64,000 bases of DNA, taken from the sequence record MH533020.1; one strand, written 5' to 3'. The notes below the pieces were generated by a model, which was given only the letters and a program-made list of their open reading frames with translations, searched no databases and was not told the origin of the DNA. This DNA is from Acinetobacter phage ABPH49. Each line of letters opens with the position of its first letter. Within the stretch, counting starts at the first letter, position 1. Of this stretch, positions 45,349 to 55,240 are shown in pieces. The position numbers were made by a program, and so were the translations under genes.

Positions 45349-46332
45349 ATGAGTAAAGTGTTCGAAGGTCGTGGTAACATCTTCGTTAAGGTGATTGCGG
45401 ATTCCAAAGTTCGAGAGAACAAGGAGCAAAAGGCGAGGGTAACAACGTTTGAGTTGACATACCCACGGATCATTCATGCTGAGCTGATGACTCACCGGGT
45501 CCTGACGAAAAATGCGATGTCTTCCCGAGCAGTACCGATCGCAACGATGATTGAACTGGTCCGCAGCCAACCTGCAATGCCGGTAGAGTGGGGCAGCAAT
45601 AACCCGGGAATGCGTTCCATGAACTTGCTGGGTGAAGAAGAGACTGCCAAAGCCAAGGAACTTTGGATTGAGGCCTCCGAGTTTGCTTGCCAGAAGGCAG
45701 AAGAGCTGGCCGCGCTGAATGCACACAAACAGATCGCCAACCGCCTGCTGGAGCCGTTCCAGTTTATGCGTACCATCGTTACCGGCACCGACTGGAACAA
45801 CTTCCGCTGGTTGCGTGTGGACAAGGATGCGGATCCTACCTTCTACGAACTGGCTAAGGTGATGATGGCAGCGATGGATCAAAGCCATCCAGAAACTTTG
45901 AAGTTTGGTCAGTGGCACACCCCGTATGTTGAGCATTGCGAGGGTGGAGCGCCGGGCACGTTCGGTTATTACGTGACGGATGAAGAAGATCAGCGTGTGA
46001 TGCTGACCAAGGAAGAAGCATTGGCGATCTCCGCCTCCTGCTGCGCTCAGGTGAGTTATCGCCGACTGAACAGCACGAAAGACAAAGCATTGGACATCTA
46101 TGGTCGTCTGCTGTCTGGCAACAAGGTGCACGCCAGTCCGTTCGAGCATCAGGCGACGCCTCTCCCGTACCACATGTACGAGAAGAAGCCGCTGAATGGT
46201 GTTGCACTGCCACCGTGGAACTGGCCGAAGGGTGTTACACACGTCAGCCGTGAAATGGAGTATTTCTCTGGCAACCTGCGTGGCTTCATACAGCACCGAC
46301 AATTGCTGGAAAATAACGTCAAAGCCGGTTGA
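45349..46332 (+). CDS. thyX: FAD-dependent thymidylate synthase ThyX
   Basis: ThyX signature THRVLTKNAMSSRA (RHR-x7-S-x-R) and HASPFEH; 327 aa. Confidence 0.75.
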   Translation: MSKVFEGRGNIFVKVIADSKVRENKEQKARVTTFELTYPRIIHAELMTHRVLTKNAMSSRAVPIATMIELVRSQPAMPVEWGSNNPGMRSMNLLGEEETAKAKELWIEASEFACQKAEELAALNAHKQIANRLLEPFQFMRTIVTGTDWNNFRWLRVDKDADPTFYELAKVMMAAMDQSHPETLKFGQWHTPYVEHCEGGAPGTFGYYVTDEEDQRVMLTKEEALAISASCCAQVSYRRLNSTKDKALDIYGRLLSGNKVHASPFEHQATPLPYHMYEKKPLNGVALPPWNWPKGVTHVSREMEYFSGNLRGFIQHRQLLENNVKAG

Positions 46333-46358
46333 CATTGATCAGCGGTTTTTGGTAGAAT
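46329..46358 (+). promoter_or_regulatory. sigma70-like promoter TTGACA-N18-TAGAAT
   Basis: overlaps 3' end of thyX, upstream of 46413. Confidence 0.5.
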
Positions 46359-46412
46359 TGACGACTTGCCCGGTGATGAGCCGGGCTGATACGAAAGAGA
46401 GGAAATAACCTA

Positions 46413-46958
46413 ATGGCGTTCAAAAAAGTGCAACACATCTCAGTGACTCTGGACTTCCTGCTGGAGCTGCAAAACAACGGCGGTCTGGCCCACATCGAAG
46501 AGCGTTTCGGTGGTAAAATGGATATCCTGCGGAACTCTGAGCATCTCCGCGCCGCTCTCCGCGTTGTAGGTTTCGACGCATGGGAGATCGACGACAAGGG
46601 TGAGTATGTTACGGACGAAAATGGGCACAAGAAGCCTTCCCGTATTGACAAGCTTCCTGCGGTAAACGTCCGCTGCAACAACATGCCGTACAAGTCCCGT
46701 AAATGCATCGTGTTTGCCGGTCGTATGGTTAGCGGATTCAAACACGCACGGATCTACGATGGTGTCGACATCCTTGACGTCGCAGTGGTCAAAGACAGTG
46801 CCATGCTGGACATGGTTAACGAGTTCGACTATGACGTCCCGGTTGTGGATAAAGTAAATACCCGGAAGTACACCAAACGCGAAGATCGTAACTCCACCGT
46901 CGAAGTGGAATACACACCTGAGCAACTGGAACAACTGTCCGCAATCTTTGGAGAGTAA
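46413..46958 (+). CDS. hypothetical protein
   Basis: 181 aa. Confidence 0.4.
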   Translation: MAFKKVQHISVTLDFLLELQNNGGLAHIEERFGGKMDILRNSEHLRAALRVVGFDAWEIDDKGEYVTDENGHKKPSRIDKLPAVNVRCNNMPYKSRKCIVFAGRMVSGFKHARIYDGVDILDVAVVKDSAMLDMVNEFDYDVPVVDKVNTRKYTKREDRNSTVEVEYTPEQLEQLSAIFGE

Positions 46959-46962
46959 TGCA

Positions 46963-47220
46963 ATGGCGAGAAAGCAAACCCCGGCGAAGTGTGTTCCAGT
47001 TGAGAATACCAAATGGCATCAGCGTGGATTCACCGACAAACACCATTACCAAGGGTGGTTGCAGTTCAACGACCTGATCGACGAAGGTTATGGGTACGAT
47101 GACACGTACTATGACCAGTTCAGTGGTAAAACAATTCGCATCGCGGGCAGTACAGATGCACCTGACGGCACCGAGGCGGATGAAGCAGCACAATTCCTGA
47201 AAATGCACGACAAACAATAA
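46963..47220 (+). CDS. hypothetical protein
   Basis: 85 aa. Confidence 0.35.
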   Translation: MARKQTPAKCVPVENTKWHQRGFTDKHHYQGWLQFNDLIDEGYGYDDTYYDQFSGKTIRIAGSTDAPDGTEADEAAQFLKMHDKQ

Positions 47221-47233
47221 AAGGGAGATTCAC

Positions 47234-49507
47234 TTGATCAACAAGATTGTAAAGGCCAACGGTTCCACGGTAGACTTCGATCCTGCAAAACTGAACGGCT
47301 GGGCCAAGTGGGCGGCTCAGTATGGTGTAGACTGGAGCAACATCGCACTGCAAGCAGTTAAAAAGTGTTTCGATGGTTGTTCCACGAAAGACCTTCAGCA
47401 AGCAATGATCGACGCCTGCGTTGACCGTGTGGATGAGCCGCATATGATGATGGCAGGACGCCTTCTGATTGGCAACATCTACAAAGAGGCCTTTGGCGGT
47501 CATGATAAGATCCCTACGCTGAAAGACTTCTACCACAGCATGGTTGGAAAGGGCTTTTGGCAGGAGATGGATTACACCGATGAAGAGCTGGATGTGATCG
47601 ACCGCTTCATCGACCATGACAAAGACCTGAATACACCGTACCCGGAACTGAACCAGATCCGAACGAAGTACACCTGCATCGACCGTGTTAATGACGTGTG
47701 CCATGAAAGCCCACAGTTCATGTACATCGGCATGGCGATGAAGAACATGGAGAAATCTCCGAAAGACGAGCGAATGACTGACATTAAGATGCTGTACACG
47801 TATCTGAGTGACAAGAAGATCAACGCTCCAACGCCATTTATGGTAAACCTTCGCACTCCGAAGGGCGGCTATGCCTCCTGTTGCGTAAGCACCACCGAGG
47901 ACACGGCCCCGTCTCTGGCGGCAGCAGACCACATCAACTACATGATGACCTGCGCCTCCGCCGGGATCGGTGCTCACATTAAGAGCCGCAGCAAGTGGGA
48001 CGCCGTGGGTAAAGGTCAGGTTGTCCACCAAGGCAAAATGCCGTACTACCGTGCGACTGTTGCTATGGTGAGTGCAAACCTCCAGTCCAGTCGTGGTGGT
48101 GCAGCAACAATGCACTTCAACTGCATGGACCCTGAGGTTGAGGACCTGTTGCAGCTGAAGAACCCGACGACTGTGACCCAGAAGCAGATCCGCGACATCG
48201 ACTACTCGTTCGGTGCCATGCGTCTGTTCGGTAAGCACGTAGCCAAGAACTTGCCTTGGATGCTGATCAGCTACGCTGCGGCACCGGACCTGTACGAAGC
48301 GGCTTACTCTGAGGATCAGGTTGAGTTCGAGCGCCTTTACGAGCAATACGCTAACGATGAAAAGACCAAGAAGGCTTTCATCTCGGCACGTGAACTGCTG
48401 GTCCTGAACTTGACGCAGCGGATTGAAACTGGCAGGATCTATCAGCACTTCACTGACCGCCTGAACCAGCAGACTCCGTTCAAAGACAAGATCTACAGCT
48501 CGAACCTGTGCCAAGAGATCGGCCTGCCGACCAAAGGGTACGACAACGTTCACCAGCTGAACGAAGCGTCTGAGAGCGGAGAGATTGGTCTGTGCAGCCT
48601 GTCAGCGTTGGTTGCTGGCCGTATCAAGGATGAAGAGTACGGTGACGTGGCGTATTACGCGCTGAAAATGGTTGACAACGTGATCGATTTGATGGAATAT
48701 CCATTCCCTCAGCTCGAGTTCACCGCGAAGGCCCGTCGGAGCATCGGCATCGGGATCACCAACTTGGCGTATGCTATGGCGAAGAACGGCTACAGCTACT
48801 CAACGGAAGAGGGTCGTAATTACGTGCACCGTCTGGCAGAGCTTCACAGCTACAGCCTGCACCGTGCAAGTCTGCGACTGGCTAAAGAACGTGGAGTGTG
48901 CGACTGGATTGGCCGGACCAAATACCCACAGGGTTGGTTCCCACATGATGCAGCTGTACCTGCGGTGGATACAGTCCACTCCCAGCCTCTGCTTCAGGAC
49001 TGGGAGACTCTCCGCAAAGAGATCGTTGAGTCCGGTGGTATTCGACACAGCGTCCTCGAGGCACACATGCCTTGCGAGAGCAGCTCGGTGGCAAGTGGTA
49101 CGCTTAACGGCCTGTATCCGGTTCGTTCACTGAAGACCGTGAAAAGCTCGGGCAATGAGCGCAAGAACGTCGTAATCGTCCCAGAGTACGATAAGCTGAA
49201 GGACAAGTACGACATTGCGTGGGAAGTGAGTACCAAGCATCTGACGGAGATTTATGCCCTTGTGCAGAAATTTACCGGTCAGGGGATCAGTGCCGACTTC
49301 TACGTCGTATTCAAGGAAGGTGAAGAGCGTAAGATCAGTACCCGCGTATTGATCAGCGACTACCTCTACATGATGAAGATGGGGCTGAAGACTGCTTACT
49401 ACCTCAACAGCAAAACCTCGGTTGCCGGTCTGAACACTGGCGTCCGTGATGCAGTTGTCGAGGAGCAGGAGAACGAAGATTGCGCCGGTGGTGGCTGCAA
49501 GCTGTAA
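47234..49507 (+). CDS. nrdA: ribonucleotide reductase large subunit (class I, NrdA)
   Basis: 757 aa; N-terminal ATP-cone (KANGSTVDFDPAKL), catalytic region with conserved Cys/Asn/Glu context; TTG start. Confidence 0.85.
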   Translation: MINKIVKANGSTVDFDPAKLNGWAKWAAQYGVDWSNIALQAVKKCFDGCSTKDLQQAMIDACVDRVDEPHMMMAGRLLIGNIYKEAFGGHDKIPTLKDFYHSMVGKGFWQEMDYTDEELDVIDRFIDHDKDLNTPYPELNQIRTKYTCIDRVNDVCHESPQFMYIGMAMKNMEKSPKDERMTDIKMLYTYLSDKKINAPTPFMVNLRTPKGGYASCCVSTTEDTAPSLAAADHINYMMTCASAGIGAHIKSRSKWDAVGKGQVVHQGKMPYYRATVAMVSANLQSSRGGAATMHFNCMDPEVEDLLQLKNPTTVTQKQIRDIDYSFGAMRLFGKHVAKNLPWMLISYAAAPDLYEAAYSEDQVEFERLYEQYANDEKTKKAFISARELLVLNLTQRIETGRIYQHFTDRLNQQTPFKDKIYSSNLCQEIGLPTKGYDNVHQLNEASESGEIGLCSLSALVAGRIKDEEYGDVAYYALKMVDNVIDLMEYPFPQLEFTAKARRSIGIGITNLAYAMAKNGYSYSTEEGRNYVHRLAELHSYSLHRASLRLAKERGVCDWIGRTKYPQGWFPHDAAVPAVDTVHSQPLLQDWETLRKEIVESGGIRHSVLEAHMPCESSSVASGTLNGLYPVRSLKTVKSSGNERKNVVIVPEYDKLKDKYDIAWEVSTKHLTEIYALVQKFTGQGISADFYVVFKEGEERKISTRVLISDYLYMMKMGLKTAYYLNSKTSVAGLNTGVRDAVVEEQENEDCAGGGCKL

Positions 49508-49551
49508 TGTCACAAGGCGGGGGTAATTCCCCGCTTCCACAAGGAGAGAAA

Positions 49552-50648
49552 ATGTCCGTATTCAACAAAGAGAATAACAACTGGAAAACTGGTAAGTACC
49601 CCCTGTTTTTGGGAGAGCAACTGGGCCTTCTCGACACCGTAAACACACCATACAAGCGCCTGTTCGAACTGTACAAGCTGCAAAAGAGCATCGACTGGGA
49701 CGAGAACGAGATGAACCTCGAGCAGTCACGTTTGGACATGGCAACCTGCCTGCCGGGCACCCGAAACCTGATGATCAAGAACTTGGCATTCCAAGCCGAG
49801 CTTGATGGTATCGCGGCACGATGCATGGCACCGCTGCTGGCACCGTTCATCACCAACACGGAGATGTGGCTGGGAGTATCCAAGATCACCGAGGTGGAAA
49901 ACCTCCACGCGATCACTTACACCACGATCATCCGCAACGTACTGAAGAATCCAGAAGAGTTCTTCGAAGAGATCACCAAGAACGAGAAGATCTTCGATCG
50001 TTCTGACAGCGTAATGGAAGTATTTGACGAGCTGGCGATCGCCGGTGCAAAATACACGCTGGACAAAAACTCCATCCCGCGCCGCGAGCTTATGTCTCTG
50101 CTGTTGCGTGCCTACGTGGGCATTTACTGTCTGGAGCGACTCCAGTTCATGTCTTCGTTCGCTGCAACCTTCGCGATCGGCGAGCAGGGCATGATGGTCG
50201 GGATCGCCAAGCTGGTATCGAAGATGCTCAGGACGAGCAGCTGCACGCAGCGTTCGACGAGGAAGTTATTCGGATCCTGTTGGCAGACCCAGAGTGGGCG
50301 GAAGTTTACGAAGAGATTAAGCCGTTTGTGCTGCGCTTTGTAAACGCTGTAACCAAGAGCGAGCTGGACTGGAACGAATATCTGTTCTCCGAGGGTCGTC
50401 AGATCGTTGGCCTGAACCGCCAGTTGCTGGACGAATGGGTCCTGTTGAACGCGGGTGTGGTGTACAAGTTCTTGGGCGTTGAAAACCCGCACAAGATCAT
50501 CGATGTGTCCCCGATCACTTGGATGGGCGATTGGCTGGATATCTCCAAGTTCCAGTTCGCGGCACAAGAAGGTGACATCACCGACTACCCAATGAACGTC
50601 GTGAGTAATGACGTTTCCGATGATGAAGAATTCGACTTCGAGGGATAA
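49552..50648 (+). pseudogene. nrdB: ribonucleotide reductase small subunit NrdB, split by apparent single-T deletion near 50216
   Basis: N-terminal frame (to 50343) and C-terminal frame (50280-50648) are -1 apart; AKLV|IEDAQDEQLH aligns to E. coli NrdB AKIIRLIARDEALH when one T is restored in GGTATC. Confidence 0.75.
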
Positions 50649-50649
50649 G

Positions 50650-50943
50650 ATGAGCTACATTGTCTTTGGTAAAGAGAACTGCCCGTACTGCGTCCGCGCC
50701 AAGAACCTTCTGGAGCTTGGTGGGTTTGAGTACCGGTACTTGGATGTAGGTAAGGACGGCCATGCCTTCCAAACCATGCTGGACTGGGTCACAGATGCAA
50801 CGGGGACCGGCCCGAAATCGGTACCTCAGATTTTCGTTGACGAAGACGACACCATGACGTACATTGGTGGACACGACGACTTGGTATTGGCCCTCAACAA
50901 GGCCAAGACTGAAGAGTTGGGCGACGAAGACTTCGACTTTTGA
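50650..50943 (+). CDS. glutaredoxin (NrdC/NrdH-like)
   Basis: 97 aa, CPYC active site, immediately after nrdB. Confidence 0.7.
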   Translation: MSYIVFGKENCPYCVRAKNLLELGGFEYRYLDVGKDGHAFQTMLDWVTDATGTGPKSVPQIFVDEDDTMTYIGGHDDLVLALNKAKTEELGDEDFDF

Positions 50944-50957
50944 CAGAGGAGATAAAG

Positions 50958-51335
50958 ATGACCCGTCAAGAAGCACTGAATTACGTAGCAACAGAGCTGG
51001 CTGCACAGGCAGTGCGCCATCAGCGTGTGGCTGCACAACAAACTCTCGACTTCCTGAGCCAGATTGACCCAACCGGGGATCCTGACCTCGAGAAGAAGAT
51101 CCAAATGGGGAAGGAAGAGCTGGCCCTCTTCTCCTCTCAGAAGTTTCTCCGTGCACTTGAGTATCTGTACGCGGAGATCTATGACGGGCTGGAAGACAAA
51201 CATCTCATTCGCTTCGCGGAAGAGGTCGAGTACGAACTGGCCGTCTCAACTGTGGGTGCGTTGAACGCGGCGCGTGTCGGAGAGTTGGTAGACCAGCTGA
51301 TCAACGGCACCTACGTGGCACCAACAATCCAATAA
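50958..51335 (+). CDS. hypothetical protein
   Basis: 126 aa, GAGGAGATAAAG RBS. Confidence 0.35.
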   Translation: MTRQEALNYVATELAAQAVRHQRVAAQQTLDFLSQIDPTGDPDLEKKIQMGKEELALFSSQKFLRALEYLYAEIYDGLEDKHLIRFAEEVEYELAVSTVGALNAARVGELVDQLINGTYVAPTIQ

Positions 51336-51345
51336 GAGGTAATGA

Positions 51346-51837
51346 ATGGCTACAAGTCAGAACCTGAGGGCATTTCTGGACATGCTGGCATGGTCAGAGG
51401 GGACCAGTACAAGCCCGGCCACCAAAAATAACGGTTACGATGTGATCGTTACGGGGATCGACAAGAAACCCGAGGTGTTCACTGATTATTCGGATCATCC
51501 CTTCAACAAAGGGCGTAAATCCAAAGTGATCAATTCCAAAGGCCTGACTTCTAACGCCTCCGGGCGTTATCAGTTCATGCTGCGGGACTGGGCGCACTAC
51601 AAGGCTCAGCTGGGTCTGAAAGACTTCAGCCCAGAGTCTCAGGAGAAATGGGCAATTCAGCTCATCAAGGAACGAAGAGCATTGCCTGACATCGAGAACG
51701 GTAATATCACCGCTGCGATCAGTAAGTGCCGTAACATCTGGGCATCTCTGCCCGGTGCGGGGTATGACCAGCCGGAACATCCGGCAGGGAAGCTGATTGC
51801 ACAGTACGTGAAAGCCGGTGGTATCTTCAAATCCTAA
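51346..51837 (+). CDS. endolysin, lambda R-like lytic transglycosylase
   Basis: RAFLDMLAWSEGT...NGYDVIV...FTDYSDHP...SGRYQFMLRDW...QLGLKDFSPESQ...IWASLPGAGYDQPEH matches lambda R nearly motif-for-motif. Confidence 0.85.
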   Translation: MATSQNLRAFLDMLAWSEGTSTSPATKNNGYDVIVTGIDKKPEVFTDYSDHPFNKGRKSKVINSKGLTSNASGRYQFMLRDWAHYKAQLGLKDFSPESQEKWAIQLIKERRALPDIENGNITAAISKCRNIWASLPGAGYDQPEHPAGKLIAQYVKAGGIFKS

Positions 51838-51849
51838 AAGGAGACACAC

Positions 51850-52596
51850 ATGCGTCGAAACAACCGTAAAGAAGCACAGGATCGCCGTGACCGTAAAGAA
51901 GTCCGTGGCCGGATTGTAACTCAGCGTGGTAGAGAGGAAGCCTCGATGGCTAAGCCGATCACCCCGCAGGGGATCTTCCAGAAGGATCTTCTTTTCGCGA
52001 TTTCCAACAAGAGTGCAGTCTTCGTTGATGCACCTGCTGGTTCGGGTAAGACGTTTGTTGTGATGAGTACCGTATCTGACTGGCTGAAGCAGGGCAAGAT
52101 CAAGAAGATCGTCCTGTCCCGACCAAGTGTCGGGATGGGTAAGTCTCTCGGACTCTTGCCCGGAGACATCAAGGAGAAGTTCGAGCCGTATCTGGCAGCA
52201 CTGATCTCTGTGTTGACAAATCGGTACGGGCACGGGTACTATGAGACTCAACTGTCCAACAAGAACATCGAGTTCGTGCCTCTGGAATACATCCGTGGCC
52301 GGTCATTTGACAACGCTGTCGTGATCGTCGACGAGTTCCAGAACACCACAGAGGATGATGCTTACACCATCATGACTCGTCTGGGTGAGAACTCTCGCAT
52401 GTTCTGTCTGGGTGATTGCACCCAGAGCGACATGAGGGGCCGTACAACTGGACTGGAGTGGGCGATCAGCTTCATCGATCGTCACAATCTTGGAGAGTTT
52501 GCGGAAATTGTGGAAGGCGACAGCGACGATATCGTCCGCAGTCCTTTCTGCCGGGCGGTTGTTAAAGCTCGAGAACAAGATCTGGGTCTGAATTAA
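51850..52596 (+). CDS. phoH: PhoH-like ATPase
   Basis: Walker A DAPAGSGKTF, VVIVDEFQN, GDCTQSD; true start may be 51946 (MAKPITPQ). Confidence 0.75.
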   Translation: MRRNNRKEAQDRRDRKEVRGRIVTQRGREEASMAKPITPQGIFQKDLLFAISNKSAVFVDAPAGSGKTFVVMSTVSDWLKQGKIKKIVLSRPSVGMGKSLGLLPGDIKEKFEPYLAALISVLTNRYGHGYYETQLSNKNIEFVPLEYIRGRSFDNAVVIVDEFQNTTEDDAYTIMTRLGENSRMFCLGDCTQSDMRGRTTGLEWAISFIDRHNLGEFAEIVEGDSDDIVRSPFCRAVVKAREQDLGLN

Positions 52597-52821
52597 GGAG
52601 TCAAAATGCAAGATGAATTCGATGGTTTCATCGGCTACGGTGAAGGCATCCTCGGTGAAGAAGACTGGGGAGTTTTCAAGAAGAGTGAGGAGAACTGGGA
52701 TGTTTGATAAACAAATGGCCCAACTTCACTCGGATGCGATGAAGCTCCGCAGTCTGATGGATGACCTGCTGATTCGCTCAGCTGAAGATGTGGATTTCTT
52801 CGACGAGTACGAGGGCGTCTA

Positions 52822-53454
52822 ATGTATTACACGGGGATCGGCAGTAGAGATATCCCGGCAGAGGTGGTTAGCATCATGGAAGATGCTGGCTACCGACTTG
52901 CCAAGATGGGGTGGGTTCTCCGCTCAGGAAAGGCAGACGGGTCCGACGCAGCATTCCAACGTGGGATGCAGAAGTACGTGATAGACTCTGGGATCTCGGA
53001 CTACAAGCGCTTGGCTGAAATTTACATCCCTTGGGACAATTTCACCGGCGGTCAAGGACTTCGAGATCATTGGGACATAAGTCTGAACCAAATCGACATG
53101 TTGTTCCCAGAGCACTCGGCGATGAGGAAGGAGTGGATGTCTGAAGTTCACCCAGCACCAGAGCGTTTGTCTCAGGGTGCCGAGAAACTTCACCTCCGCA
53201 ACGTCCATCAGGTGTTCGGTCCAAACCTGACAGATGCCTTCATAAACCAGAGCAAGTTCGTGTTGTATTACGCGAAAGAAGACAAGAAGGGTAATCCAAA
53301 AGGCGGCACTGCCACGGCTGTAAACCTTGCCAAGAAGACCGGGATCCGAGTCCTTAACCTTCTGAATCAAGAGGGGCGTGACAAGCTGGAGAGTTTCCTC
53401 AAGCAAATGGAGGAGAGAAGGAATGCAAAAAGTGAAGGTAGTCCTCTGCGCTAA
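52822..53454 (+). CDS. DprA/Smf-like (SLOG/Rossmann) protein
   Basis: MYYTGIGSRDIP...RSGKADGSDAAFQRG resembles DprA SGGAxGIDxxAH Rossmann motif; 210 aa. Confidence 0.4.
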   Translation: MYYTGIGSRDIPAEVVSIMEDAGYRLAKMGWVLRSGKADGSDAAFQRGMQKYVIDSGISDYKRLAEIYIPWDNFTGGQGLRDHWDISLNQIDMLFPEHSAMRKEWMSEVHPAPERLSQGAEKLHLRNVHQVFGPNLTDAFINQSKFVLYYAKEDKKGNPKGGTATAVNLAKKTGIRVLNLLNQEGRDKLESFLKQMEERRNAKSEGSPLR

Positions 53455-53569
53455 GTGCCTGAAGGTGTATAGGATAAAAGACCCTAAGGATTGTTGCCCG
53501 GGGTGCAAGAAGCAGATATTCTACTCGAACTACACGACCGAGGAGGTTGATGATGTTAAAGGATCCTAA
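53423..53569 (+). CDS. small zinc-ribbon protein
   Basis: CAKC...CPGC, 48 aa; GGAGAGAAGG RBS. Confidence 0.3.
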   Translation: MQKVKVVLCAKCLKVYRIKDPKDCCPGCKKQIFYSNYTTEEVDDVKGS

Positions 53570-53879
53570 GGACCTGAATTATCTCTACTCGTTGGGTAAG
53601 AGAAAAGGCGCACAGTATTTTGAAGTGTGCAACATAGTCGGCGACTGGCTGATTAGTGTTGACGATGGGAAGAAGGTTTGCAAGAGTGACCAGCTTACCC
53701 GTCGCCGGATGTTCCGCGAAGCGGAGTTCATTGTGAAGCCACAAGTTGAGGGCCAGCCTTACAAGCAAGGGGCGAGGATCTCTAAGGAAGATAGTGATGG
53801 ACACCCAGCATGGTTCTACATTGTTGAAGTCGGCGAAGAAAGCCCTGACGGAGACGTCAAGTTGTTGGTTGCGTACTGA
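53553..53879 (+). CDS. hypothetical protein
   Basis: about 108 aa. Confidence 0.35.
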   Translation: MLKDPKDLNYLYSLGKRKGAQYFEVCNIVGDWLISVDDGKKVCKSDQLTRRRMFREAEFIVKPQVEGQPYKQGARISKEDSDGHPAWFYIVEVGEESPDGDVKLLVAY

Positions 53880-53895
53880 TCAAAAGGGAGAGTGC

Positions 53896-54405
53896 ATGAG
53901 TCAAGTGTTGTTGGCGGTGGTTCCGCATCGTCGGTTGATGGAGCTGAAGAACTCCGGGGTTGTTCGTCCACAAACGATCAAAGATTTGGCGGATATCGCC
54001 TTCATCAGACTGCGTGACAAGATCATTGCCAAGCGGATTGAAGCAGAGAAGCCTACCGGAATCCTGCGGCTGATGAAAAGAAGCACATTCGAACACCACC
54101 TTACCCGCGAGGTTGAAGTGATGTTCGAGAATCGCGAGGCGCTGGTGTCTCACGTCCAGTGCATTAAGGATCGTCTGCCAACACCTCTTGTGCCGGTGGA
54201 TGAGTCAGAAGTGAAGGATCTTCTGTTCTTGGATCGCGCTACCACGTGTGCCGCAGAAGCGGAGAAGGTTGTGATGCTGTTCAAACTGCATGACGAGGTA
54301 ATCGTTGATGCGGATACCAGCTTCCTGTTGAGCTGGCTGATGAGCAACACGCAGCGAATCAAAGACCACATTGCCGGGGAGGTGAAAGATGAATCGAACC
54401 AATAA
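53896..54405 (+). CDS. hypothetical protein
   Basis: 169 aa; AAGGGAGAG RBS. Confidence 0.35.
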   Translation: MSQVLLAVVPHRRLMELKNSGVVRPQTIKDLADIAFIRLRDKIIAKRIEAEKPTGILRLMKRSTFEHHLTREVEVMFENREALVSHVQCIKDRLPTPLVPVDESEVKDLLFLDRATTCAAEAEKVVMLFKLHDEVIVDADTSFLLSWLMSNTQRIKDHIAGEVKDESNQ

Positions 54406-55240
54406 GCGTGAAGATTTGGATGGCGGTTTCATGACGGTTGATACCAGCTCAGAGCGTTCGATCTGGCGTCGTGAGCAGATCACCACCCTTTGGGAGGTTT
54501 ACCTGTCCGGGGCAATGGAGAATCATGGCGATCATTTGGAACGTATCGACCTGATCCGTGCCGCGAGTCCAGAAGATACAATCCGTATCCACCTGAACAC
54601 GCCGGGCGGTGTTGTCTCCATCATGGAAAGCTACCTCGACGCGATCTCCGAGTCTCAGGCGAAGATCATTACCCGCGCCGTTGGGCAAGTTTGCTCTGCC
54701 GGGACTGACATCTGGCTGGCCGGTGATGAGCGTGAAATCTCAGACCGAGCTATCTTCATGTTCCACAACACGCAGCTGTGGACCGGTGGCGACCTGTATA
54801 ACGTTCAGAAGTACGCTGACTTCTCGTCACGTCTGTTCAAGGACCAGCTGACCGTAACCTACGGCGAAGTGCTGACAGAGGCAGAGCTGAACACCATCTT
54901 CACCGGCGGCGAGGTGTGGTTGAGGGGAACTGACATGCAACGCCGTGTCGAGGGCGTAGCGCCTCAGCAGCTGGTCGGGAAAGAGATTGCGAGCGAGACT
55001 GAAGAACCTTCTTCCGGGCGTGAGCTGAAGATCATTCTGGAAGATGGCTACAGTAAACTCATCCCGATTGACACCCTCTCGGTAAAGGACTTTTACGAGT
55101 TCAACCACCAAGAGCTGAAGGGCATCTTGAGCGGTATGGGAGTATCACCTGACCGCTGGATGGGCGTCCGATCGGCCACTGACCTTGCCCAGATGGTCGT
55201 TGACGTGGTGAACGAAACGTATAAGCGGGGCGATCAGTGA
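54389..55240 (+). CDS. ClpP-like (S14/S49) serine protease
   Basis: HLNTPGGVVSIMESYLDAISE...GQVCSAGTDIWLAGDER...FMFHN aligns to ClpP INSPGG...GQAASMGA...MIHQP (Ser/His positions conserved). Confidence 0.55.
   Translation: MNRTNKREDLDGGFMTVDTSSERSIWRREQITTLWEVYLSGAMENHGDHLERIDLIRAASPEDTIRIHLNTPGGVVSIMESYLDAISESQAKIITRAVGQVCSAGTDIWLAGDEREISDRAIFMFHNTQLWTGGDLYNVQKYADFSSRLFKDQLTVTYGEVLTEAELNTIFTGGEVWLRGTDMQRRVEGVAPQQLVGKEIASETEEPSSGRELKIILEDGYSKLIPIDTLSVKDFYEFNHQELKGILSGMGVSPDRWMGVRSATDLAQMVVDVVNETYKRGDQ

Noticed and set aside
45349-50648. Group I introns in thyX, nrdA or nrdB, as in T4 td/nrdB/nrdD
   Set aside because: Coding sequence is continuous with no large insertions; the only disruption in nrdB is a 1-nt frameshift.
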